The notes beneath the pieces are model-generated. The model was not told the DNA's origin and did not search any database. It worked only from the letters and a program-made list of their open reading frames with translations. A stretch of DNA of 64,000 nucleotides from a virus. The stretch covers positions 1 through 64,000 of the IMG/VR virus record IMGVR_UViG_3300032431_000006. One strand, written 5' to 3'. Below, in pieces: positions 36,391-44,582 of this stretch; the stretch's first letter is position 1, and each line of letters opens with the position of its first letter. Made by a program: the position numbers and the translations under genes.

Positions 36391-36939
36391 ATGTTTGAAG
36401 TAGAGCAATATCAATATCAAAGCAATCGAGAGGTAAATGATCCTATCGAAGTGCAGGCAATAGAAGATTATGAGCAATTGCAGCGCGATTTCTCGCACTC
36501 GGAGAATCGCAAGAAATCCGAGGAAACTGTGAGGAATAGAAAGCTAAGTTTATACGATCGCATGGATTCACAATGGATAGTATTAGTTGAAATCGGCTTC
36601 ACTATTTCCACATTGTTAGGAACGGGGACGGCTATTTGCTTAATGAGGGTGTTTGGTGCAGGGTTTCTGGCAACAGGCGTAGCGTTAAGCGCGGTAGCAA
36701 GTGCTTTAGCGCTTATGGTGTGTTGTTGGAGGGAGCTAAACCATTCTGAATACAAATTAAGAGTATTTGTGATGTTGATTGCAATGACCGCGGGTTTAAT
36801 TGTTTCTATGTCTGACGCGGGGCTTGATTGGGGACGGGATAATTGGCGGGTATTAGCAACTACTTCGATACTTTTTACCACATCGGTTGTAGTTGTTTTA
36901 GGTTTAATCATTGCATCTAAAGGAATTAGTCGCGAATAA
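36391..36939 (+). CDS. integral membrane protein (about 4 TM segments)
   Basis: 182 aa with four long hydrophobic stretches after a polar N-terminus. Confidence 0.65.
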   Translation: MFEVEQYQYQSNREVNDPIEVQAIEDYEQLQRDFSHSENRKKSEETVRNRKLSLYDRMDSQWIVLVEIGFTISTLLGTGTAICLMRVFGAGFLATGVALSAVASALALMVCCWRELNHSEYKLRVFVMLIAMTAGLIVSMSDAGLDWGRDNWRVLATTSILFTTSVVVVLGLIIASKGISRE

Positions 36940-36990
36940 ATGCTAATAGTTTGCGATCGCACTGAGTGCGATCTCAGGCTGGCTGGCAAG

Positions 36991-37012
36991 GTTAATCCCA
37001 GTGTTGGGAATT
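36991..37012. repeat. hairpin motif copy 25
   Basis: gttaatcccagtgttgggaatt. Confidence 0.9.
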
Positions 37013-37041
37013 GAGAAAAACAAATAAAGGAAAATATCATC

Positions 37042-38937
37042 ATGAGCCGGAATCAGAAAGCAACATTAATGACAAGCGGATTTTATGGATTGGCATTGAT
37101 CCTCGGTTTATGGGGTGCTATACTCCAGCCTGAGACGCGGATCACGGGGACTATAGACAGTAAGCTGATTGATATTCCCGTCTGGCAACAAAAAGATCCA
37201 AAATATCAAAAAATCAAAGACGCAAAAGTGACTCAGGGTTGGGGCGGTTTACGGTTGTTAGTTTGGGCGGTTGGGGCGGCCGCGGGTATAACGGGGGTCA
37301 CATTATCAGCAGAGCGGCGATCGGAACTAGAAAGAGAAAGGATCGAATATGAACGCAATTGCCGCGAGGCTGATACTCAAGCCGACATTCAAGCCAGCTA
37401 TAACTTGAGTTTGCAGCGGGCTAAACTGCAAAAGCAAGGTGAAGCTCAGATGGCTTTATTTGAGGATAGCTTAGTAGAAGAGGTAGACGATATCCGCGCG
37501 GCTAACGGCTGGTTTGCGCCCGAACCGGAACCCAAACCAGCGATCGCACCCGCAGCACCTATACTGCAAAATACTGCTTTTGCAGGCATGAAAACACCAG
37601 AACAATATCAAGCTGAGATAGAGGCCGCGGCTGAGGGTGCAAAGTCAAGACTAAGAGAAGACGGAATTAATGGGGCTGAGGTTCCCGACGATCGCAAAAA
37701 ATTCTATCAAGATAACGGCGACAAAATTATGCGATCGCTCGCAGCGCTGCGGATGTCTATTCTGTCAGCCGCGCCTACAGGTGGCGGCAAAACCCACACC
37801 CTGTACCGCTGGTTAGGCGACTTGCAGACACTGTATCCGCAGGCTGAAGTCTATGTTATTGCCCACAAAAGAGATTCTTTTTTAGGTTTACTAGATCAAG
37901 GTAGAGTCACGATTTTTGACGATCTCAATCCAGAACCATCAATGGCTTATCTGGATAAAGTTTATTCTGAGATGAAGCGGAGACTAAATACCCCAGAGAG
38001 CGATCGGAAAAAGTTTGAAAAATTGCCTATTCGATTAATTCTTGATGATTGGTTTGCAAGTTTTGGAGTCCTGAGATTGTATCCGGCAATATGGAATATC
38101 ATCAAGACAAAAATCGCTGCGATTATCACTAAAGGACGCGAAGCTAACGTTTGTGTCTACATAGCAACACAGAGCTTTAATTTAGACGCTTTGGGCATTC
38201 AAGACAGCAATATCCGAGGCAACTTAGCCATAAGCTGCCAAGGCTTAGTAACCGAGCAAATAGACGTGAACGGCGATCTAGTTGAGCAAGGTAATTATGA
38301 GAGCTTGCAGCTACTGATTAACAATAGTTATATAGTGGCATCGAAGTTAGATCGCGATCGGCTGAATACTGAACTTGAGGAATTGGTTAAACTCTCAAGA
38401 CTCCATCAATTGCCTGCTATATTCTCTGCTGTTGGCAAACCTGTCCTGGCACTCGCTCCCTACTATCAGAAGCCTACAAATACGCCAGTTGCTGATAGTA
38501 AAGAAGATGAGGAAATAGCAAGGGAATTAAGGCAATTAAAAGCACACTTTGAGACGATCGAGCCAAGTGATACTCAGTCTCAGTCTCGGTCTGAGATTCC
38601 CACAGGAAACACCCCAAACAACGACAGCATCGACATCCCAGCGAGTGAGATTCCCCAAAGTGAGAGTGAGATTCCAGAGACTGAGAGCCAATTAAACCCA
38701 GAACTTGAGGGCTGGTATAAGTGGTTGCCTAGCAAAGCAGAAGTGATAAAATTGCTCGAAGATACCGACGGGGGGATTTACAATTTCACAAGTTTTATCA
38801 GGGCCAAACTAAAGAAAACAGAGACCGAGTATCACAAGAAAAGCAAAAATGCGGTAGTCGAGTTGCTGTTAACTTTAGAGCGATTTGACCTCATAACAAA
38901 ATACAAGATAGACACCACAAAATATCCGATCGAATAA
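37042..38937 (+). CDS. membrane-anchored FtsK/SpoIIIE-like P-loop ATPase
   Basis: N-terminal TM segments; AAPTGGGKTHT Walker A; RLILDDWF Walker B; KGREANVCVYIATQSFN block resembles the FtsK motor; last 78 aa shared with the next gene. Confidence 0.7.
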   Translation: MSRNQKATLMTSGFYGLALILGLWGAILQPETRITGTIDSKLIDIPVWQQKDPKYQKIKDAKVTQGWGGLRLLVWAVGAAAGITGVTLSAERRSELERERIEYERNCREADTQADIQASYNLSLQRAKLQKQGEAQMALFEDSLVEEVDDIRAANGWFAPEPEPKPAIAPAAPILQNTAFAGMKTPEQYQAEIEAAAEGAKSRLREDGINGAEVPDDRKKFYQDNGDKIMRSLAALRMSILSAAPTGGGKTHTLYRWLGDLQTLYPQAEVYVIAHKRDSFLGLLDQGRVTIFDDLNPEPSMAYLDKVYSEMKRRLNTPESDRKKFEKLPIRLILDDWFASFGVLRLYPAIWNIIKTKIAAIITKGREANVCVYIATQSFNLDALGIQDSNIRGNLAISCQGLVTEQIDVNGDLVEQGNYESLQLLINNSYIVASKLDRDRLNTELEELVKLSRLHQLPAIFSAVGKPVLALAPYYQKPTNTPVADSKEDEEIARELRQLKAHFETIEPSDTQSQSRSEIPTGNTPNNDSIDIPASEIPQSESEIPETESQLNPELEGWYKWLPSKAEVIKLLEDTDGGIYNFTSFIRAKLKKTETEYHKKSKNAVVELLLTLERFDLITKYKIDTTKYPIE

Positions 38938-38950
38938 CTCCGGATCTGTA

Positions 38951-38995
38951 GGCTGTCCCTGGTATATTATAATATAAAACATACCAGAGACAGCC
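38951..38995 (+). promoter_or_regulatory. inverted-repeat-embedded promoter
   Basis: GGCTGTCCCTGGTAT-attataatataaaac-ATACCAGAGACAGCC; 15-bp arms with 1 mismatch; TATAAT 38968-38973; the ATG follows at 38996. Confidence 0.55.
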
Positions 38996-39637
38996 ATGAA
39001 CGGATCGGTTTATATTCTGAAGATTGAAGGACAAAATGCCTACAAAATAGGTATGACGATTATTGGGTTGGCAGACAGGATCAGGGATTTACAAACGGGA
39101 TGTCCTTACAAGATTGTTGCAGTATTTCATGGTCAAGTAGAGGATGAATCGAGTTTAGAGCGATACTTGCACACACTTTTTTGCGAAAAAAAAATAAGAG
39201 GTGAATGGTTTTGCTTGTCAGAACTAGAGTTAAGTGAAGCCATCCAAGTCATTCAAGAGAATCAACTCTGTTTTTGTTTGAATAAAGCGAGTAAAAGTAA
39301 CTACGATTCAATAGATTTTGCCGTCACGAATACACGGCAAAACACGAAAAAGAGAGAAGAGCAAGCAAAAACTACACGTATTTTGTTTCTGGAAAGTGAG
39401 TTGACAAATTGGTACAAGTGGCTCCCAAGTAAAGCAGAAGTCTTGTTAATGATGGAGGACTTAGATGCAGGATTCTGCAACTTTACTTACTTAGTGAAAC
39501 ACAAGCTAAAGAAAACCGAGGCATTCTACAACCGCAAAGCTAAAGGCGCGATCGTTCGCTTGTTACTTGATTCAAATCGTACCGACTTGATGCAAAAGTT
39601 TCAAATAGACCCGGCACAATTCCCGTTCTTAGACTAA
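38996..39637 (+). CDS. T5orf172 (GIY-YIG-like) domain protein
   Basis: VYILKIEGQNAYKIGMT...RIRDLQTGCPYKI...LERYLHTLF...RGEWF matches the T5orf172 pattern; C-terminal 78 aa homologous to the ATPase C-terminus. Confidence 0.7.
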   Translation: MNGSVYILKIEGQNAYKIGMTIIGLADRIRDLQTGCPYKIVAVFHGQVEDESSLERYLHTLFCEKKIRGEWFCLSELELSEAIQVIQENQLCFCLNKASKSNYDSIDFAVTNTRQNTKKREEQAKTTRILFLESELTNWYKWLPSKAEVLLMMEDLDAGFCNFTYLVKHKLKKTEAFYNRKAKGAIVRLLLDSNRTDLMQKFQIDPAQFPFLD

Positions 39638-39641
39638 ACAA

Positions 39642-39676
39642 ACCCGGACGGATTTTAATTAAAAACCGTCCGGTTT
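39642..39676 (+). terminator. terminator-like hairpin
   Basis: CCGGACGG..CCGTCCGG, then TTTG. Confidence 0.55.
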
Positions 39677-39692
39677 GCAACCCGATCGCGAG

Positions 39693-39698
39693 TATAAT
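39693..39698 (+). promoter_or_regulatory. -10 TATAAT
   Basis: gagTATAATgt, after terminator 39642-39676. Confidence 0.45.
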
Positions 39699-39750
39699 GT
39701 ACTATATCAATACTTGCGATCGCCCTTTAAAACCTTTACCCAATACCAAA

Positions 39751-40077
39751 ATGGCAACCAAAAAACCATCAGAACCGGGCCCGCTAGAGAAGGCTTTAAG
39801 AGTGAATAGTAATGCCGATCGCGCTGCCAAACGTGCCACAGAAAATAAAAGCGAACCGCTTACCTTCAGCTTACCCGAAGCTTTTTTTTACACTCAACAA
39901 TCAAAACACAAGTATGGTACTTGCTGGCAGTGCGGCGATCCCAGAAATCATGCAGGCGGTATACCAGGCGGATCGGATGCCTATTGGTGCGATCGCTGCA
40001 AAGACTGGCTACCCGTTAGAGAGTGCCGATCCGATCCGGCAAAAGTGTCGATTCAGGTCGGGAAGTCGCGGGTATAG
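39751..40077 (+). CDS. zinc-ribbon protein
   Basis: CWQCG...CDRC. Start moved to ATG 39751 because the track start overlaps TATAAT 39693-39698. Confidence 0.5.
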   Translation: MATKKPSEPGPLEKALRVNSNADRAAKRATENKSEPLTFSLPEAFFYTQQSKHKYGTCWQCGDPRNHAGGIPGGSDAYWCDRCKDWLPVRECRSDPAKVSIQVGKSRV

Positions 40078-40096
40078 GCGCTCGATCGGACAGATA

Positions 40097-40162
40097 TCGA
40101 CACATAGGCTACAGCGTTTATTTTGCGTAGTTAGACACTTAGGGAGACACATATAGACACAT
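40097..40162 (+). promoter_or_regulatory. AGACAC iteron cluster
   Basis: tcGACACat, ttAGACACtt, ggAGACACat, atAGACACat; the last three start 12 and 10 bp apart. Confidence 0.55.
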
Positions 40163-40171
40163 CTCTCAAAC

Positions 40172-40201
40172 TTGCTTAGCACAAGCCTTTAAGGCTATAA
40201 T
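40172..40201 (+). promoter_or_regulatory. promoter TTGCTT-18-TATAAT for the candidate sRNA
   Basis: Preceded by AGACAC iterons at 40097-40162. Confidence 0.5.
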
Positions 40202-40202
40202 A

Positions 40203-40279
40203 CAGGCAATCATACTTGCTCCCAAAATCAAGGGATAGACACAGGGTAGACACAGCGAAATGTGTCTACCCTATTTTTT
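40203..40279 (+). ncRNA. candidate small RNA (promoter-to-terminator unit without an ORF)
   Basis: TTGCTT-18-TATAAT (40172-40201), then about 75 nt ending in terminator GGGTAGACAC-agcgaaat-GTGTCTACCC-TATTTTTT. Confidence 0.4.
40244..40279 (+). terminator. rho-independent terminator
   Basis: GGGTAGACACagcgaaatGTGTCTACCCTATTTTTT. Confidence 0.8.
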
Positions 40280-40293
40280 CCCAGTGTTGGGAA
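40278..40293. repeat. hairpin motif copy 26
   Basis: ttcccagtgttgggaa; directly after terminator 40244-40279. Confidence 0.85.
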
Positions 40294-40307
40294 TTTTCCG
40301 GATTTTA

Positions 40308-40316
40308 TGCTATAGT
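40308..40316 (+). promoter_or_regulatory. promoter (TGcTATAGT)
   Basis: Upstream of the Dam gene. Confidence 0.55.
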
Positions 40317-40354
40317 GTTGTAGGTTGGTTTAAGTCGTTAAGAGTTCCCAAAAA

Positions 40355-41197
40355 ATGCAGACAAAGTATATCAAAAGTTTTCTCAGTTGGCAAGGTGGGA
40401 AACTAAGACTTTTGCCCCAATTATTGCCGCTGTTTCCAGAAAAGATTAAGGCATATTATGAGCCGTTTTTAGGTGGCGGGGCGGTCGCGCTTAATATTGC
40501 CCCACGGTGTAAGGATCTGATCCTTAGTGATAAAAATGATTGTTTAATCAACGCTTGGCAGTGTATGAGGGAAGATCCGATCGGGCTAGGCGAATTATTG
40601 ATATGGCACAAAGCGCAACACGATCGAGGGCATTACCGAAAAAAGGATTTTTATTCGGGTCATTACTACAGTATGCGGGATGACTACAATGCAGACCGAG
40701 GTACGGGCCCGATCGCGGCCGCGCGTTTTATCTATTTAATCAAGGCTTGTTTCAATGGTACATGGCGATCGAACCGCTCAGGCAAAATAAATACGCCGTT
40801 AGGTACTCGATTTTATTTGCCTGAGCTAGACGGTCACGCCGCAAAACTCGCAAGCGCTGCTATTATTGCGACTGACTACACTATAATTAAGGGTGCGGGG
40901 CGGGGCGATGTTGTTTATCTCGATCCGCCTTATTATGCCGATCGGGAAATTGCCAGCGATTACGGGGTCGGCGGGTTTAGTGAAAGCGATCGAGTTGCTA
41001 TGGTTGCACTTGCAGCTAAAATCGGCAAGCGCGGGGCGATCGTCATAGGTTCCGACCTTGATACACCGATTACCCGCGAACTGTACGGCGGGGCGGGTTT
41101 TGTTTATGATACCTTCCCCTATACTTACTGTGTGGGAGGAACCGATAAGAGCCGATTCATAAGCTCAGAGTTAATATACCACAACATCCCATACTAA
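40355..41197 (+). CDS. Dam-class (D12) DNA N6-adenine methyltransferase
   Basis: SWQGGKLRLLPQLLP, YYEPFLGGGAV (FxGxG) and VVYLDPPY (DPPY) blocks. Confidence 0.9.
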   Translation: MQTKYIKSFLSWQGGKLRLLPQLLPLFPEKIKAYYEPFLGGGAVALNIAPRCKDLILSDKNDCLINAWQCMREDPIGLGELLIWHKAQHDRGHYRKKDFYSGHYYSMRDDYNADRGTGPIAAARFIYLIKACFNGTWRSNRSGKINTPLGTRFYLPELDGHAAKLASAAIIATDYTIIKGAGRGDVVYLDPPYYADREIASDYGVGGFSESDRVAMVALAAKIGKRGAIVIGSDLDTPITRELYGGAGFVYDTFPYTYCVGGTDKSRFISSELIYHNIPY

Positions 41198-41244
41198 TAT
41201 ATTATATCGCGTTAAATTTGCGGATTAAAGATTTAACTGTGGTA

Positions 41245-41253
41245 TGGTATATT
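41245..41253 (+). promoter_or_regulatory. promoter (TGgTATATT)
   Basis: Upstream of 41312..43387. Confidence 0.5.
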
Positions 41254-41269
41254 AAGAACAGCAAACAAC

Positions 41270-41289
41270 GATTCCCAGTAATGGGAATC
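41270..41289. repeat. hairpin motif copy 27
   Basis: gattcccagtaatgggaatc; perfect 8-bp arms; loop GTAA. Confidence 0.85.
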
Positions 41290-41311
41290 TACAAACTAAG
41301 GATCAAAAAAC

Positions 41312-43387
41312 ATGGCACGTCAAAGTAAGAAAGTCAACACCCAAACAGCATCTATCGCTGTGTTAGAGAATGAGCCAGAGTCTGACGTGTTGACTGTAGA
41401 TGCTGTTGTTAAAGCAGAGTCGCTAGAAATTTTTAGCACCGGGGACTATACTTTTGAGTATAATTTGCTAGCGTCTGGCACTTGCTACCCAGTTTTGAAA
41501 GTCAAAAATGATATTTTCTTTAGCGGTTGGGAGTGTAAGGATCTGGCATCTGCTGAGGCTTTACTCATCAGCCTGTACTATCAAATAACAGGAGTCCTAA
41601 AGGGATCGATCGCCAGTATACGACCTAGCCTATTGGCTAAGCACCCGCTATCTGACTTGATTTATACGGCAAACAATACGGCGACGATCTCAGAGTCGTT
41701 TGAGGCTCAGGGCAACCGGACAGATTTATTCCGAGTTGTAGTTAACCCGCACGGTTGGGCGCTTTCTGGTAACACCCGATTAGAGACGCTTAAAAATATT
41801 GAGAAAGCGACCGGGCTACCGCAACAAGTTCATGCTGTAGTTACTGATGGAAATAGCGACATAGAAGTTATTCTCGGAGGAAATACGCAACGAGAAAAAA
41901 CCGGACAAGATAAATTTAATGAAGCGATCGTCCGATCGGGCGCTAACGAATCCGATAAGCGTTACTGGACGATCGTCCGGGAAACCTATATCCGTGAAGG
42001 ATTCGGAGGCGGTGGCACTTTTGACGCGATGGCTGCGGTTAAAAAATATGTTGAAAAAAATCCGGGTTCGCCTTTTGCCGAGAATTTAAGTGAAATTGCT
42101 AAAAGCAATGAAACTATTGCATACGATTTAATGAAATTGCAGCAAGCAACACAGGATAAAGATGGTGACACATTAGCACCACAACAGGCAATAACAGAGT
42201 TAGGTAAAAAACTCTCTAAAATGGCACGGATTAAGAATGCGGAACCCGTGAATTTAGAGCAAGTATATGAGGGCATCCACCTTGATACTGCGGACATTCG
42301 CCGTTACTATACGGGTGAAACCTTAACCGAGATTTCACGGGTATTGATGGAATCGACAGAGGCAATTCGGGCGCAATTAATCGCAGCCAAACAAGACGGC
42401 GACAAACAAAAATTAAGTGTGCTTAAAGCGCAATTAGAGAACCCTCAAACTGAGGATGTCGAAAATAATGAAGACGGCGCTAGCCCAGACTGGAATAGTT
42501 TAAATGACTCAGATTCGGAAACTGAGGACGCAGTAACCGCCGTGACTGTACCAGATCCTGACTATTCCCAGAAGGAATACAATAAAGAAATGAGAAAGGC
42601 TGGCTACAGTGAGGATAATTGCTGGCTGCTAAACCAAAAAACGGCAGAAAGTTTACTACAGGCGATCGGTGGCGTGGCGGACGTTGATCCCTTTGCTGAG
42701 AGAGGGCAAAACTTGAAAGCAGACCGGTATATTCTGGCAACAGAAAGACCGTTAGACTTGAAAGAATGGGGCGGCGGGGCGCATGACGGCGGGGAAGGGT
42801 TAAGGGTTGCGACTTCATTACCATTAGTAGAGGGTTTGGTTTCTAGCGCTACTGAGTTATTTAAGCGGATCGAGTCAAAGGAGATCCGCGAGGCTGCTTT
42901 TGTAGTAGAGGCTAACGCTATATTCTACCCGCGTTTGGCAACCTATTTCAAAGCGATCCCGATGGCATGGGTTGTAGTTAGTCGCGAGAATGCTTTAGAA
43001 GCTACTGAGGGATTCGGTTTTGAGCCGTCAGCCTATCTGAAAAGTAACGCCCGTTTTAAAAATGTCACAGCCGATAACTGGAATGAAGCAAAGCGCGCTT
43101 ATCTCATTGTTTATTTTGGAGAGAATTACGATCGATTTGAAACCAGTTGTGGTAAGTATGGCGTAATCTGCTATAACAAAAAAGCAGCGCTTGCTAAGTC
43201 GATCGCCCTCGACTGGGAGGAAACCTCGCAAGGTGATCTAACCGCCAACCATGAGGGGAGCTTGTATGAAATCCAAAAAATTGGGGATACTTATTTCCTG
43301 AGTGTTGATGCCAAACGTCAGCCGGACGGGTTTAAAAAATTGCAACACGCGCAAGGAGCGGCTATTCTGGATTCTCTCGGTTTGTAA
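41312..43387 (+). CDS. ParB-like N-terminal domain protein with a methyltransferase-like C-terminal domain
   Basis: SGNTRLETLKNI resembles the ParB/Srx GxxR block. C-terminal VDPFAE...DLKEWGGG...AYLIVYFGENYDRF resembles phage Dam-type methylases, but the NPPY position reads TSLP. Confidence 0.5.
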   Translation: MARQSKKVNTQTASIAVLENEPESDVLTVDAVVKAESLEIFSTGDYTFEYNLLASGTCYPVLKVKNDIFFSGWECKDLASAEALLISLYYQITGVLKGSIASIRPSLLAKHPLSDLIYTANNTATISESFEAQGNRTDLFRVVVNPHGWALSGNTRLETLKNIEKATGLPQQVHAVVTDGNSDIEVILGGNTQREKTGQDKFNEAIVRSGANESDKRYWTIVRETYIREGFGGGGTFDAMAAVKKYVEKNPGSPFAENLSEIAKSNETIAYDLMKLQQATQDKDGDTLAPQQAITELGKKLSKMARIKNAEPVNLEQVYEGIHLDTADIRRYYTGETLTEISRVLMESTEAIRAQLIAAKQDGDKQKLSVLKAQLENPQTEDVENNEDGASPDWNSLNDSDSETEDAVTAVTVPDPDYSQKEYNKEMRKAGYSEDNCWLLNQKTAESLLQAIGGVADVDPFAERGQNLKADRYILATERPLDLKEWGGGAHDGGEGLRVATSLPLVEGLVSSATELFKRIESKEIREAAFVVEANAIFYPRLATYFKAIPMAWVVVSRENALEATEGFGFEPSAYLKSNARFKNVTADNWNEAKRAYLIVYFGENYDRFETSCGKYGVICYNKKAALAKSIALDWEETSQGDLTANHEGSLYEIQKIGDTYFLSVDAKRQPDGFKKLQHAQGAAILDSLGL

Positions 43388-43389
43388 TT

Positions 43390-43408
43390 AATTCCCAACA
43401 ATGAGAAC
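43390..43408. repeat. hairpin motif copy 28 (degenerate)
   Basis: aattcccaacaatgagaac. Confidence 0.55.
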
Positions 43409-43432
43409 CGGGCGCGATCGCTCGGTTTTCTT
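43404..43432 (+). terminator. rho-independent terminator
   Basis: AACCGGGCGcgatCGCTCGGTTTTC. Confidence 0.6.
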
Positions 43433-43489
43433 GTACCCGATCGCCTAAAGGATTAATCTTTGGAAATTCCCGGACAACCTCGGAATTTA

Positions 43490-43498
43490 TGGTATACT
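43490..43498 (+). promoter_or_regulatory. promoter (TGgTATACT)
   Basis: Upstream box TCCCGGAC. Confidence 0.6.
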
Positions 43499-43527
43499 AT
43501 ATTAAGCAACACTAGCAGTAGGACATC

Positions 43528-44571
43528 ATGGCAATCAAAACAGAAACAGGCGTTATTAATAGCAAGGCTTTAGCTAAGCAGGTCGTCAGTTGGGGTAAAA
43601 AGGGGATCGATGTTTCAAACTGCCGGGATGCTGAGGAAATGTTAGCAAAATCTGGCTTAGACTGGCACGTCGCCTTACAGGAAATCAGGACGGCTGACGG
43701 CACTCCCACACCCTGGAAACAATCGGTTAAAATCGATCCTGATGGTACTCAGACACCGCTCTCGATCGTGCCTGTGAAAAATTGGGAACCGCTCTCAAAT
43801 CACACTTTTTTAAACCGGGCGATCGGAGTTGCCGAAAGTTTTGGGGGTAGTGTATCGCGCGTTGGTTGGCTAAAAAAAGATACCGCCGCGGTAAATCAGC
43901 AGAGTTTTCTATGGGCAACTATATCGCCCGGTGAACTTGCGATCGAGTTGGGGCTTGACAAATACGAGGGTATCACTCCCAATATTCTCTTAAGCTCAGG
44001 GACTAGCTACGGGTGCGGGTATTCTTGCAAGATGCTATTAGTCCGCAACTGTTGCCAGAATGGTATGGTCGATCGACAATCGACTAGCCTAAAAAGCACA
44101 CATCAGACTAATGTAGCTTTTGAAAATTTCACTTTTGAACAAGTGCGCGACTCTATCAATTTGTACAAAATAGAGCGCGACCTATTACTCAATACTCAGA
44201 TAGCAGCCGATCGCGTTTATACCATGTTTATACACACTTTTGGGCATGAAGCTAAACTCAATCAGCCGATCGACAGACAGCCTCGCAAGGTGCAACTGCT
44301 ATGGGATATCTACAATGGAGAGGCCGATCGCACTTTTGAAGATGTCGGGATCGATTTAGGGCAAGCTCGGATCAGAGGTACTTACTACGGCGTTTTGCAG
44401 GCTGTTGTTGCGTACAATAATCATTTTGGAGAGTCTAGCGGCGACAATAAAATGATGGAAATTATGAACGCCGAACGCGGCAAGGAAATAGACAAGATTC
44501 GCGCTAGCCTGACAGCAGCGGCCGCTAAGCGCGTTAAAGAAACCGTATCGGTCGGTGTCCGTGCCTGGTAA
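43528..44571 (+). CDS. DUF932-like phage/plasmid protein
   Basis: N-terminal ...MLAKSGLDWHVALQEI... and overall size resemble the DUF932 / TIGR03299 family (from memory). Confidence 0.6.
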   Translation: MAIKTETGVINSKALAKQVVSWGKKGIDVSNCRDAEEMLAKSGLDWHVALQEIRTADGTPTPWKQSVKIDPDGTQTPLSIVPVKNWEPLSNHTFLNRAIGVAESFGGSVSRVGWLKKDTAAVNQQSFLWATISPGELAIELGLDKYEGITPNILLSSGTSYGCGYSCKMLLVRNCCQNGMVDRQSTSLKSTHQTNVAFENFTFEQVRDSINLYKIERDLLLNTQIAADRVYTMFIHTFGHEAKLNQPIDRQPRKVQLLWDIYNGEADRTFEDVGIDLGQARIRGTYYGVLQAVVAYNNHFGESSGDNKMMEIMNAERGKEIDKIRASLTAAAAKRVKETVSVGVRAW

Positions 44572-44582
44572 ATAATCCCCTA

